From the NCBI RefSeq assembly GCF_002413745.1, contig NZ_DHXP01000073.1: DNA of 64,000 nucleotides, one strand, 5' to 3'. Below, one piece after another: positions 1 through 9,067 of this stretch (position 1 is its first letter; each line of letters starts with the position of its first letter). Source of the DNA: Flavobacterium sp. UBA5153. Its GTDB lineage: Bacteria > Bacteroidota > Bacteroidia > Flavobacteriales > Flavobacteriaceae. The notes beneath the pieces were generated by a model. It ran no database searches and was not told the DNA's origin. It saw only the letters and a program-made list of their open reading frames with translations. The position numbers and the translations under genes were made by a program.

Positions 1-12
1 TAAATAACAAGT

Positions 13-1683
13 ATGACAGAAGTTGAGTTAAAGCAATACATCCAAACCCATTTTCCAAAAGAAAATGAAGCTTGTGAATGGAAAGATTTCAAATCTTTAA
101 AGCACTCCTTTGGTGGGCAAGCTGGTGATGATATAATTTCCTATATTTCTGCTATTGCTAATATGGAAGGCGGTTATATTGTGGTAGGTATTAAAGACAA
201 AACACAAGACATATCAGGCATTACAGAATTTAATAATTATACGACACAGAACATAAAGCTTAAAATTGTTGAAAAATGCACCAATATCAATTCTGAAAAA
301 CTAAAAGTAGAAGAATTTAAAACTTCTGATACTGAAAAAATAGTATGGGTTTTTCATATACCAAAACATCTGCCTAGATTGATTGTTTATTCGCATTCTA
401 AAGCTTGGCAACGTATTGAAGATAGCTTGGTAGATTTAAAAAAAGAACGCCAAGATGCCATTTTAAAAGAACCTATCTCAATTAATGAAGATTGGTCATC
501 ACAAATAATTCCAACAGCAACTTTAGATGATTTAGACCCGAAAGCCATCACAAAAGCTAGGGAAGAGTATAAAGAAAAAAAACCAAAAAAAGCCACTGAG
601 TGCGATTTATGGGATGACACTACATTTTTGAATAAGGCAAAAGTAACCATTCAAGGTAAAATCACCAATACGGCTATTTTATTGCTGGGTAAAGAAGAAT
701 CAGCACATTATATCAATCCAGCGATAGCGAAAATTTCTTGGATTCTAAAGGATGAATATAATGTAGAACGAGATTATGAGCATTTTTCAGTTCCTTTTAT
801 TATCAACTCAACGGAAGTTTTTAATAGGGTAAGGAATTTGACTTATCGCTATATGAAAGACGATTCGCTTTTCCCTACCGAAATAAAAATGTATGATTCA
901 TTCGTTATTCGAGAAGCATTACACAATTGTATTGCACATCAGGATTACGCTATGCAAGGACGAATTACGGTAGTGGAAAAACCAGACGAATTAATTTTTT
1001 CAAACGTAGGAAGTTTTATTCCAAAGAGTGTTGAGACTGTAATAGAACAAGATGCACCACAGGAATACTATAGAAATGCTTTTTTAGCAGAAGCAATGGT
1101 TAACTTGAATATGATTGATACTATTGGAAGCGGAATAAAACGAATGTTTATTGAGCAACGCAAAAGATTTTTCCCTTTGCCTGATTTTGATTTGTCTGAC
1201 CCGAGTAAAGTTGTGGTAAAAATTGCGGGTAGAATTTGGGATGAAAACTACACCAAGTTACTAATGAGTAAAACAGATTTAGACTTAAAAACTGTTGTTT
1301 TATTAGATAGAGTTCAGAAATCACTACCAATATCAGAAAACGAAATTAAGCTACTCCGAAAAGAAAAATTGGTTGAAGGCAGAAAAAACAGTTTATATAT
1401 TTCGGCTTCTATTGCCAAAGTAACAGGAGACAAATCATCTTACATAAAGTTAAGAGGGTTCAAAGATGAACATTATAAAAAAATGATTCTCGACTATTTA
1501 GGTGCATATCGAACCGCAAGTAAACAAGATATAGACAAACTAATTTTAGACATACTTCCTAATATTTTAGATGAAAACAAAAAGGCAAATAAGGTTCGGA
1601 ATTTAGTATATGCAATGTCAAAAAGAGATAAAACCATAGTAAATAAAGGGACTACAAGAAATCCAGTTTGGCAGAAAGTATAA
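13..1683 (+). CDS. AlbA_2 (Schlafen-like) + HATPase_c_4 putative DNA-binding/ATP-binding regulator (RecG-like family)
   Basis: 556-aa ORF. The N-terminus (DIISYISAIANMEGGYIVVGIKDK) is typical of the divergent AAA/AlbA_2 domain. The middle (IREALHNCIAHQDY...GRITV, MIDTIGSGIKRM) is typical of HATPase_c_4. The C-terminus looks wHTH-like. Confidence 0.7.
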   Translation: MTEVELKQYIQTHFPKENEACEWKDFKSLKHSFGGQAGDDIISYISAIANMEGGYIVVGIKDKTQDISGITEFNNYTTQNIKLKIVEKCTNINSEKLKVEEFKTSDTEKIVWVFHIPKHLPRLIVYSHSKAWQRIEDSLVDLKKERQDAILKEPISINEDWSSQIIPTATLDDLDPKAITKAREEYKEKKPKKATECDLWDDTTFLNKAKVTIQGKITNTAILLLGKEESAHYINPAIAKISWILKDEYNVERDYEHFSVPFIINSTEVFNRVRNLTYRYMKDDSLFPTEIKMYDSFVIREALHNCIAHQDYAMQGRITVVEKPDELIFSNVGSFIPKSVETVIEQDAPQEYYRNAFLAEAMVNLNMIDTIGSGIKRMFIEQRKRFFPLPDFDLSDPSKVVVKIAGRIWDENYTKLLMSKTDLDLKTVVLLDRVQKSLPISENEIKLLRKEKLVEGRKNSLYISASIAKVTGDKSSYIKLRGFKDEHYKKMILDYLGAYRTASKQDIDKLILDILPNILDENKKANKVRNLVYAMSKRDKTIVNKGTTRNPVWQKV

Positions 1684-1699
1684 CTAAAAGCAATTTTAT

Positions 1700-1732
1700 T
1701 TAGATGAACTTTAGATGAACTTTAGATGAACT
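1700..1732. repeat. 3 perfect tandem copies of the 11-bp unit TTAGATGAACT
   Basis: Read directly: 1700-1710, 1711-1721 and 1722-1732 are identical. A partial copy (GTAGATAAG) sits at 1739-1747. The array is 49 bp upstream of the HsdR-like start. Confidence 0.9.
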
Positions 1733-1780
1733 TGCAAAGTAGATAAGCCTATAACTGAATCACAAAAAGAAGAACAAAAT

Positions 1781-4700
1781 ATGGCAAAAGGCATACATAC
1801 AGAACTAACCTTTGAATCTGCAATTGAAATTTCATTGCTGGAATCTGGTGGCTATAGAAAAGGTTTTTCAGAAGATTTTGATGCACAGTTGGGTTTGTTT
1901 CCAAAATACATTATTGATTTTCTTAAAACATCACAACCAACAGCGTGGGATAAATTAGCCAACATCCACAAAGATGAGGTGGATAAAAAAGTAATTCAAA
2001 GACTTGTAAAAGAAATTGACCTTCGTGGTATTCTGGATGTAATTCGTAAAGGCTTTACCGATTATGGTGTGAAGTTTCAAATGGCTTATTTTAAGCCCGA
2101 AAGCACACTCAATCCCGAAGCGGAATCACAATATTTATCCAATCATTTATCAGTCACCAGACAGCTTTATTATGAGCGAGTTGGCAAGAATTCGTTGGAT
2201 ATGGTATTGTCTTTGAACGGTCTTCCAATTGCCACCATTGAACTTAAAAATCAATTCTCTGGACAATCCGTTGACAATGCCAAAAAGCAATATGTGTATG
2301 ACCGTGAACCCAATGAACCCATCTTTCAATTCAAGAAAAGAACGTTGGTACATTTTGCAGTAGATACCGATGAATGTTTTATGACCACCAAATTAGATGG
2401 AAAACGAACTCGTTATTTACCGTTTAACATTGGAAATAATAATGGTGCTGGAAACCCAGTAAATAAAATTGGTTACAGAACTTCTTATTTATGGGAATAC
2501 GTTTGGTCAAAAAGCAGTTTTATGGATATTATTGGCAAATTCCTTCATCTGAGTGTGGAAGAATTTGAAATGAATGGGGTGAAAAAGAAAAAAGAAACTA
2601 TCATTTTTCCAAGATTCCATCAAATGCAAGTGGTGCGAAAAATTACCAATGATTCCAAATTAAATGGAGCTGGTAAAAACTACTTGATTCAACATTCTGC
2701 TGGTTCAGGAAAATCAAATTCAATTGCTTGGTTATCCTATAGATTATCGAGTCTTCACGATGATGCAAACAATCGAATTTTTGATTCAGTTATTGTAATA
2801 ACTGACCGTAAAGTATTGGATTCACAGTTGCAAAACACCATTTACCAGTTTGAACATAAAGATGGTGTGGTTCAGAAAATTGACAAAGATTCACAACAAC
2901 TTGCCGATGCACTTTCAGCTGGTTCAAACATCATAATTACTACACTCCAGAAATTTCCTTTTATCCTGGATAAAATAGGTGAATTACCATCCAGAAAATA
3001 TGCAGTTATCATTGATGAAGCTCATTCCTCACAAGGTGGTGAAGCAACCAAAAAAATGAAAGAAGTTCTTTCTGCAAAATCATTGGAAGAAGCTGAAAAA
3101 GATGAAGCATACTCAGGATTGGAAGAAGATGCCGAAGATGAAATTAGAAAATCAATGTTGGCACGTGGCAAACAAACAAATCTGAGTTTCTTTGGATTCA
3201 CTGCAACACCAAAACCAAAAACAGTTGAGGTTTTTGGCACAATGGGAAGCAATGGTAAACCAGAACCGTTTCATTTGTATTCGATGAAACAAGCCATTGA
3301 AGAAGGTTTCATTTTAGATGTATTGAAGAATTACACCACTTATAAAACCTACTTCAAATTATCGAAAGAGATTAAAGATGACCCAAAAGTAAACAAGAAA
3401 AAAGCATCCAGAGCCATAGCAAGATTTATGTCACTCCACCCACATAATTTGGCTCAAAAAACGGAAGTAATGGTGGAACACTTCAGACAAATAGTGTCCA
3501 AAAAAATTGGTGGTAAAGCCAAAGCAATGGTGGTGAGTAGCTCTCGCCTTCACGCTGTGAGATACAAAGAAGAATTTGATAAATACATCCAAGAAAAAGG
3601 ATATAAAGACATTAAAACAATAGTGGCATTTTCTGGAAAAGTGATTCACAACTTTGCACCAGAAGGTGTTACCGAAGTGGAACTGAATGGTTTTAGTGAA
3701 AAAATGCTTCCAAAGAAATTTGCATCCGATGAATATCAATTATTATTGGTTGCTGATAAATATCAAACAGGATTTGACCAGCCCTTATTGCATACAATGT
3801 ATGTAGATAAAAAATTATCAGGTGTGAAAGCAGTGCAAACCCTATCCAGATTAAACAGGATGTGTGCTGGGAAAGAGGACACATTTGTACTGGATTTCGC
3901 AAATGATACCGATGAGATTTTGAATTCATTTCAACCATATTATGAACTTACATCCATCAAAGAAAACTCAGACCCAAATCATTTGTATGATTTAAAAGGA
4001 GAGATAGAAAAAGCAAATATTATTTGGGAAACGGAGATAAATAATTTTTGTAATGTGTTTTTCAAATCTGTCAAAACACTATCAGTATCGGAACAAGGGA
4101 AATTGAATTCTTACATTGACCCAGCAGTAGAACGATTCAAACAATTACCATTAGAAAACTCAAAAGATGATGTTATTGGAACAGAAATAACACAGGAAGA
4201 TTTTAAAAACACGCTTCAAAGCTTCAATAGAACCTATTCGTTTCTGACCCAAATTATGCCGTTTTCGGATGTGGAATTGGAAAAGTTATTTACCTACACC
4301 AGATTCCTGTATAAGAAGTTACCTAGAACAAGTGAAAACGATAAATTCAAATTGGGTGATGAAGTTTCATTGGAATATTACCGACTTCAAAAGATTGCAG
4401 AGAATAACATTCTAATGGAAGACCAAGCCGTTTATGAGTTAGAAGGTGGTGGTGAAGCTGGAATCAGATTATCCAAAGAAGACCAAGTTGCATTATCTGA
4501 AATAATAGACGTTTTAAACAAGCGATTTTCAACTGAATTCAATATGGCTGATAAATTATTCTTTGACCAAATCGAAGAAGAATTAGCATCCGATTTAAAG
4601 TTATCAGAACAGGCGAAAAGCAATCCAATTGAGAATTTCAAGTTTGGTTTTGACGATTTGTTTATGGATAAGCTAATTGCAAGAATGGAACAAAATCAGG

Positions 4701-4792
4701 ATATATTTTCTAAGATGATGGATGATAAAGATTTTGGAAATATTGTTAAGAGTTATATGTTGAAGAAGGTTTATAATAGGTTGAGTAAGTAA
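1781..4792 (+). CDS. HsdR-like type I restriction R-subunit family nuclease-helicase (no hsdM/hsdS in window)
   Basis: 1003 aa. N-terminal PD-(D/E)xK motif (LDMVLSLNGLPIATIELKNQ = D...ExK). SF2 helicase motif I (HSAGSGKSNS), motif II (IIDEAHSSQ) and motif III (GFTATPKP). Long helical C-terminal region. Confidence 0.8.
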   Translation: MAKGIHTELTFESAIEISLLESGGYRKGFSEDFDAQLGLFPKYIIDFLKTSQPTAWDKLANIHKDEVDKKVIQRLVKEIDLRGILDVIRKGFTDYGVKFQMAYFKPESTLNPEAESQYLSNHLSVTRQLYYERVGKNSLDMVLSLNGLPIATIELKNQFSGQSVDNAKKQYVYDREPNEPIFQFKKRTLVHFAVDTDECFMTTKLDGKRTRYLPFNIGNNNGAGNPVNKIGYRTSYLWEYVWSKSSFMDIIGKFLHLSVEEFEMNGVKKKKETIIFPRFHQMQVVRKITNDSKLNGAGKNYLIQHSAGSGKSNSIAWLSYRLSSLHDDANNRIFDSVIVITDRKVLDSQLQNTIYQFEHKDGVVQKIDKDSQQLADALSAGSNIIITTLQKFPFILDKIGELPSRKYAVIIDEAHSSQGGEATKKMKEVLSAKSLEEAEKDEAYSGLEEDAEDEIRKSMLARGKQTNLSFFGFTATPKPKTVEVFGTMGSNGKPEPFHLYSMKQAIEEGFILDVLKNYTTYKTYFKLSKEIKDDPKVNKKKASRAIARFMSLHPHNLAQKTEVMVEHFRQIVSKKIGGKAKAMVVSSSRLHAVRYKEEFDKYIQEKGYKDIKTIVAFSGKVIHNFAPEGVTEVELNGFSEKMLPKKFASDEYQLLLVADKYQTGFDQPLLHTMYVDKKLSGVKAVQTLSRLNRMCAGKEDTFVLDFANDTDEILNSFQPYYELTSIKENSDPNHLYDLKGEIEKANIIWETEINNFCNVFFKSVKTLSVSEQGKLNSYIDPAVERFKQLPLENSKDDVIGTEITQEDFKNTLQSFNRTYSFLTQIMPFSDVELEKLFTYTRFLYKKLPRTSENDKFKLGDEVSLEYYRLQKIAENNILMEDQAVYELEGGGEAGIRLSKEDQVALSEIIDVLNKRFSTEFNMADKLFFDQIEEELASDLKLSEQAKSNPIENFKFGFDDLFMDKLIARMEQNQDIFSKMMDDKDFGNIVKSYMLKKVYNRLSK

Positions 4793-4804
4793 AATATTTA
4801 GAAA

Positions 4805-6067
4805 ATGACAAAAGCTGAATTAAACAAGAAAATTGCAGAATCTGTTAATTATGAATGGTTTAAAACTCCACAGGAGGTTTTTAATTTTCACTATGTGAAC
4901 ATCGTTATGACCTTTACAGGAGTGTCTGCTATTTACGAATTTGTTAATCAACAGGTAAATGGTTGGGAAGGAATTGAGCAGGATTTGCCTAATGAATTTG
5001 TTCAATCGAAACAATATTTTAAAAGCATCCAGTCTAGTATTATTCAATTTGTTCAAAATTATTCAGAACTTGATGTTAACCAGCTTAATGGTCAATGGTC
5101 AACAGTCAAAAATACTATAATACAAATAAATCCAAAACCAATCACTTACAATTCTTCAATTACGAGTTTTTTAATTGACTTATATTCAAGTAATAGGGAT
5201 TATTTTCAAGGGGCTTATAATTTTATTTTTGGGATAAGTTATAATATAAATGATAAGAATTTATTTTTCGGGGCAGTATTAGCCTATGAATTCACATTAA
5301 AAGAAAAAACAGAAATAACTGGTAGAAAAAAGCAAGAGCAGAAATCAATTTCAAGATTGAAAAATGATTTCCAAAAATACATTGAAAAATCTGAACTAGA
5401 GGTTGTTGATTACATTGAGAAAACATATATTTCATTCAATGATTATGTTCAAAAAATTGATGATTTAAAAAATGAAAAAGAAACAGAATTTTCCGAATGG
5501 TTTGAGAACACAAAAACAGAAGAATGGCAAAAATGGTATGATGAAAAAATTCAATCTCTAAAACGATTAGAAATTACCTATGAAGCAAATCTCAAATTAG
5601 AAAAACCAGCAAAGTATTGGCAAATTAAATCTACAAAATATTATGAACAAGGAAATACTGCAAAAAAAATATTGTTTTGGGTGATTGGGATTTCAGTAGT
5701 GTTTTTAGGAGTTATTCTAGTAGTTTCACCAAGTTGGATTTTCAATACCGTATTTAATGGAAATTCAATTGCTATTGTTAGATGGTCGATTGTCTTTATC
5801 ACACTAATTTCATTAATAGCTTTTTCAGTAAAAGCACTAACTAAGTATATGTTTAGTTCATATCATTTAGCAAGAGATGCAGAAGAAAGACATACTTTAA
5901 CCTTTTTCTATTTGGCTTTATTAAAAGATACAGAAGTAAAAGATGAAGACCGAAATTTAATATTACAATCATTATTTAGTAGAGTTGAAACAGGATTGCT
6001 CAAGGATGATTCATCTCCTACTATGCCTAGCGATACTATAAGTAAAATATTTACTAAAAATCAATGA
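4805..6067 (+). CDS. Hypothetical coiled-coil protein with two C-terminal transmembrane helices
   Basis: 420 aa, starting 12 bp after the HsdR-like stop. Charged coiled-coil-like middle. Hydrophobic segments ILFWVIGISVVFLGVILVV and IVRWSIVFITLISLIAFSV. Conserved-looking tail YHLARDAEERHTLTFFYLALLKD. Confidence 0.6.
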   Translation: MTKAELNKKIAESVNYEWFKTPQEVFNFHYVNIVMTFTGVSAIYEFVNQQVNGWEGIEQDLPNEFVQSKQYFKSIQSSIIQFVQNYSELDVNQLNGQWSTVKNTIIQINPKPITYNSSITSFLIDLYSSNRDYFQGAYNFIFGISYNINDKNLFFGAVLAYEFTLKEKTEITGRKKQEQKSISRLKNDFQKYIEKSELEVVDYIEKTYISFNDYVQKIDDLKNEKETEFSEWFENTKTEEWQKWYDEKIQSLKRLEITYEANLKLEKPAKYWQIKSTKYYEQGNTAKKILFWVIGISVVFLGVILVVSPSWIFNTVFNGNSIAIVRWSIVFITLISLIAFSVKALTKYMFSSYHLARDAEERHTLTFFYLALLKDTEVKDEDRNLILQSLFSRVETGLLKDDSSPTMPSDTISKIFTKNQ

Positions 6068-6211
6068 CACTAAATCAAAGTTAATGAAGGAAAATCAGAG
6101 GAAAAACTCTAGCAATCAAAAGAAAATTATTTGAGATTGATAAATGATTAAGTTTATTAGAATTCAATAACACTTTTTTTCCTTATTGTAATATGGTTCA
6201 GACAAAAATAA

Positions 6212-7699
6212 ATGGAAAAACCTATCCTTTCAAAATCAACTTTTATTAGAGGCTTACAATGTGAGAAGTCATTGTATTTATACAAACATAATTACAATTT
6301 AAGAGATGGGATTTCATCTCAACTACAAGCTATTTTTAATCAAGGTACAAATGTTGGGATATTTTCACAACAATTATTCCCCAATGGTGCGGATGCTTCT
6401 CCAGTTGACCATTTCAAAATTCAAGAATCGGTTTTAAAAACAAAGGAATTTATGGACAATGGTGAATCAATTATTTATGAAGCCACTTTTCAATATAATG
6501 GTGTGTTGGTTGCCTTGGATTTATTGGTAAAAGACAATGAGGGGTGGAAAGCTTTTGAAGTAAAAAGTTCAACAAGTATCTCTGAAACTTATATAAATGA
6601 TACTGCCATACAGTATTATGCAATTACCAATTCTGGAATCGAACTTAAAGATATTTCAATTGTTTACATAAATAATCAATATTTAAAAAACGGTGATATA
6701 GAAGTAAAGGAACTGTTTACAATTGAATCGGTTTTGGAAAGAGTTAAAGCAGTTGTTCCATCGATACCAAATCAAATTGAGTCTTTTAAAAAATTAATAG
6801 TACAAGATTCTGTCCCTGATATTGATATTGGAATTCAATGTTCCACACCTTACGGTTGTGATTTTATGGGTCATTGTTGGAAACATATTCCAGAATATTC
6901 CATTTTTAATATTTCTAATTTATACACCACCAAAAAGTTTGAACTATATGAAAATGGTATCATTTCTTTTGAACAATTGGATTTAAACAATTCCAAATTA
7001 AATCCAAATCAACTTTTACAAGTTACAAGTGAATTAAACAGCACTACATACATTGATAGAAATAATATTATAGAATTCATAAAAGACATTGAATACCCAT
7101 TGTATTATCTCGATTTTGAAACAATGACATCAGCTGTTCCAATCTTTGATAACAGCAGACCATATCAACAGCTAGTTTTCCAGTATTCATTGCACATTCA
7201 AACAGAAAACGGTAAATTAGAACATAGAGAATACTTAGCAGAAGCTAATCCAAATATAGACCCCAGAATTAACTTCATTAAACAATTGATAAATGATTGT
7301 GGTGACACTGGTGATATTTTGGTTTATAACATTGGATTTGAAAGGGGTAAACTAAATGATTTAATTTCATTGTTTCCTATCTACACTTATGAAATTAGTA
7401 ATATCATTGGTCGCCTTAAAGATTTGATGATACCATTTCAAAAAAAATGGTATTACACCCCAGAAATGAAAGGCAGTTACTCAATCAAATATGTATTACC
7501 AGCTTTAGTTCCAGAACTCTCGTACCAAGATTTAGAAATAAAAGAGGGTGGTACAGCAAGTTCAATATTTGCTAAAATGGTTTTAGGTGAGTTTCAAGGT
7601 GATATTGATAAAACTAAAATGGATTTATTAGAGTATTGCAAATTAGATACTTATGCAATGGTTAAAATATTGGAAAAGCTAAAAGAAGCTACTCAATAA
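6212..7699 (+). CDS. DUF2779-like protein: Cas4/RecB-like PD-(D/E)xK nuclease N-domain fused to a DEDD/RNase H-like C-domain
   Basis: 495 aa. Four Cys (C17, then CSTPYGCDFMGHC). ALDLL...FEVKSS matches a D...ExK motif. C-domain has YYLDFET (DxE), NIGFERG and KLDTYAM. Confidence 0.7.
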   Translation: MEKPILSKSTFIRGLQCEKSLYLYKHNYNLRDGISSQLQAIFNQGTNVGIFSQQLFPNGADASPVDHFKIQESVLKTKEFMDNGESIIYEATFQYNGVLVALDLLVKDNEGWKAFEVKSSTSISETYINDTAIQYYAITNSGIELKDISIVYINNQYLKNGDIEVKELFTIESVLERVKAVVPSIPNQIESFKKLIVQDSVPDIDIGIQCSTPYGCDFMGHCWKHIPEYSIFNISNLYTTKKFELYENGIISFEQLDLNNSKLNPNQLLQVTSELNSTTYIDRNNIIEFIKDIEYPLYYLDFETMTSAVPIFDNSRPYQQLVFQYSLHIQTENGKLEHREYLAEANPNIDPRINFIKQLINDCGDTGDILVYNIGFERGKLNDLISLFPIYTYEISNIIGRLKDLMIPFQKKWYYTPEMKGSYSIKYVLPALVPELSYQDLEIKEGGTASSIFAKMVLGEFQGDIDKTKMDLLEYCKLDTYAMVKILEKLKEATQ

Positions 7700-7763
7700 A
7701 ATATTTATCATACTTAAAGTAGCTTTCATATTTTCATTGACACAAGTGTGTACTTGAATGAGA

Positions 7764-8162
7764 TTAATAAACGAAGTTCTCACAGTGGCTATTCCAGTTA
7801 AATGATTCTAACTCAAATTTTATTATTTCTTGAATGGATTTATTAATTGGTTCATTTCCATACCAAACCATGACAATAGAAGAACCATCAAATTGATTTT
7901 TTTTATCATTTACAGGTTTGCTGGTCAACCAAGCCGAATACGTAAAAGGTTTGAGTTCCGTTTCTGAAATTTTTATATTGGCTTGTTTGTAAACAACTTT
8001 TCTTTCGCCCCATTCAGATGGATATGATGTTCTTTTTAAGATTTCATCGTTTAATTCTTCATTTGGCTTACCTGATATTAATCCAGAATATGTAGGAGTC
8101 ATATTGAATCCTTCAATTGTTATTATTTTTCCTGTGCTTAGTGTGATTATTAAATTTCTCAT
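7764..8162 (-). CDS. Hypothetical small cytoplasmic protein (orphan; immunity-protein-like size)
   Basis: ORF track gives 7764..8192 with a TTG start. The first ATG (MRNLIITLS) is at 8162. I recognise no motif. Confidence 0.45.
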   Translation of the reverse strand: MRNLIITLSTGKIITIEGFNMTPTYSGLISGKPNEELNDEILKRTSYPSEWGERKVVYKQANIKISETELKPFTYSAWLTSKPVNDKKNQFDGSSIVMVWYGNEPINKSIQEIIKFELESFNWNSHCENFVY

Positions 8163-8324
8163 TTTTATCTCTTTATTTATAAATATCTTCAATATTGAAA
8201 ATGACCAAAAAGTTTGACTTCTAAAAATAGTGAAACCCTAAATTATAAATAAAAAATCTCTTAGCCCAGGAAAAACAGGCTTTTACTTGTGTAATCCAAA
8301 AATCCCTGGAACCTTTGCAAAGTT

Positions 8325-8356
8325 GTTATAAAATAAGGTTTACCTTTTCGTATAAC
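8325..8356. promoter_or_regulatory. 32-bp imperfect palindrome GTTATAAAATAAGGTT|TACCTTTTCGTATAAC upstream of the small serine recombinase
   Basis: The arms match at 12 of 15 positions by eye. Located 80 bp upstream of 8437. Size is comparable to serine recombinase crossover sites. Confidence 0.3.
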
Positions 8357-8436
8357 AGCAAAAGAGCAAAAAAAGACCTTTGAGACCAACAAAATGACCT
8401 CAATAATCAGTAACCCTTTTTTTATAACAGTAAACT

Positions 8437-9060
8437 ATGAAAACACCAGTTGCAATTTTCGGAAGAGTAAGTTTGGATTCTATGGATTTCCAAAGACAGA
8501 TTAGTGATTTACAAAAGGTCGCTGATAGATTGAATTATGAAGTTGTAAGTATAATAACAGAGAAAATATCAGGTGCTAAGAACAATGATGAACGTTTGGG
8601 TATTCGGCAATTGCTTCTTGAAGCCCGACAAGGTAAATTTCAAAAAATTTTATGTACTGAGGTCTCAAGATTAGGTAGGTCAACCATTCAAACTTTAAGA
8701 CTTTTGGAAGAACTACACCAAATGGGAATTAGTGTTTATCTACAAGACCTAAATTCAGAAACTTTAAATGAAAATGGAGAAATAGGATTTCAAACAGAAA
8801 TTATGCTTCACATGTTAAGCTTGTTCGCAAAAAATGAGAGAAGAAATTTGATTGATAGGATTCGTTCTGGAATGTTACAAGCAAAAAAAAATAATATCCA
8901 TTGTGGAAGACCAATTAACAGCAAAGAAAAGAAAGCTGATTTTTTAGCAAAATACCCAAAAGTAATAGATGGGCTTGGTAGAGGATTCAGTATTAGAGAG
9001 TGTGTAAAATTGTATGATGTATCATTGGCTACTGTGGCTAAGGTAAAGGGATGTTTGTAA
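8437..9060 (+). CDS. Small serine recombinase (resolvase/invertase family)
   Basis: 207 aa. N-terminal AIFGRVSLDSMDFQRQ contains the catalytic Ser motif. C-terminal HTH (FSIRECVKLYDVSLATVAKV). Confidence 0.85.
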   Translation: MKTPVAIFGRVSLDSMDFQRQISDLQKVADRLNYEVVSIITEKISGAKNNDERLGIRQLLLEARQGKFQKILCTEVSRLGRSTIQTLRLLEELHQMGISVYLQDLNSETLNENGEIGFQTEIMLHMLSLFAKNERRNLIDRIRSGMLQAKKNNIHCGRPINSKEKKADFLAKYPKVIDGLGRGFSIRECVKLYDVSLATVAKVKGCL

Positions 9061-9067
9061 TATCCAG

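Noticed and set aside
1781-4792. A classical type I restriction-modification system
   Set aside because: No hsdM or hsdS is present in the 64-kb window. Only the R-like subunit is here, so it cannot be called a complete type I R-M locus from this window. Upstream DNA beyond position 1 is unseen.
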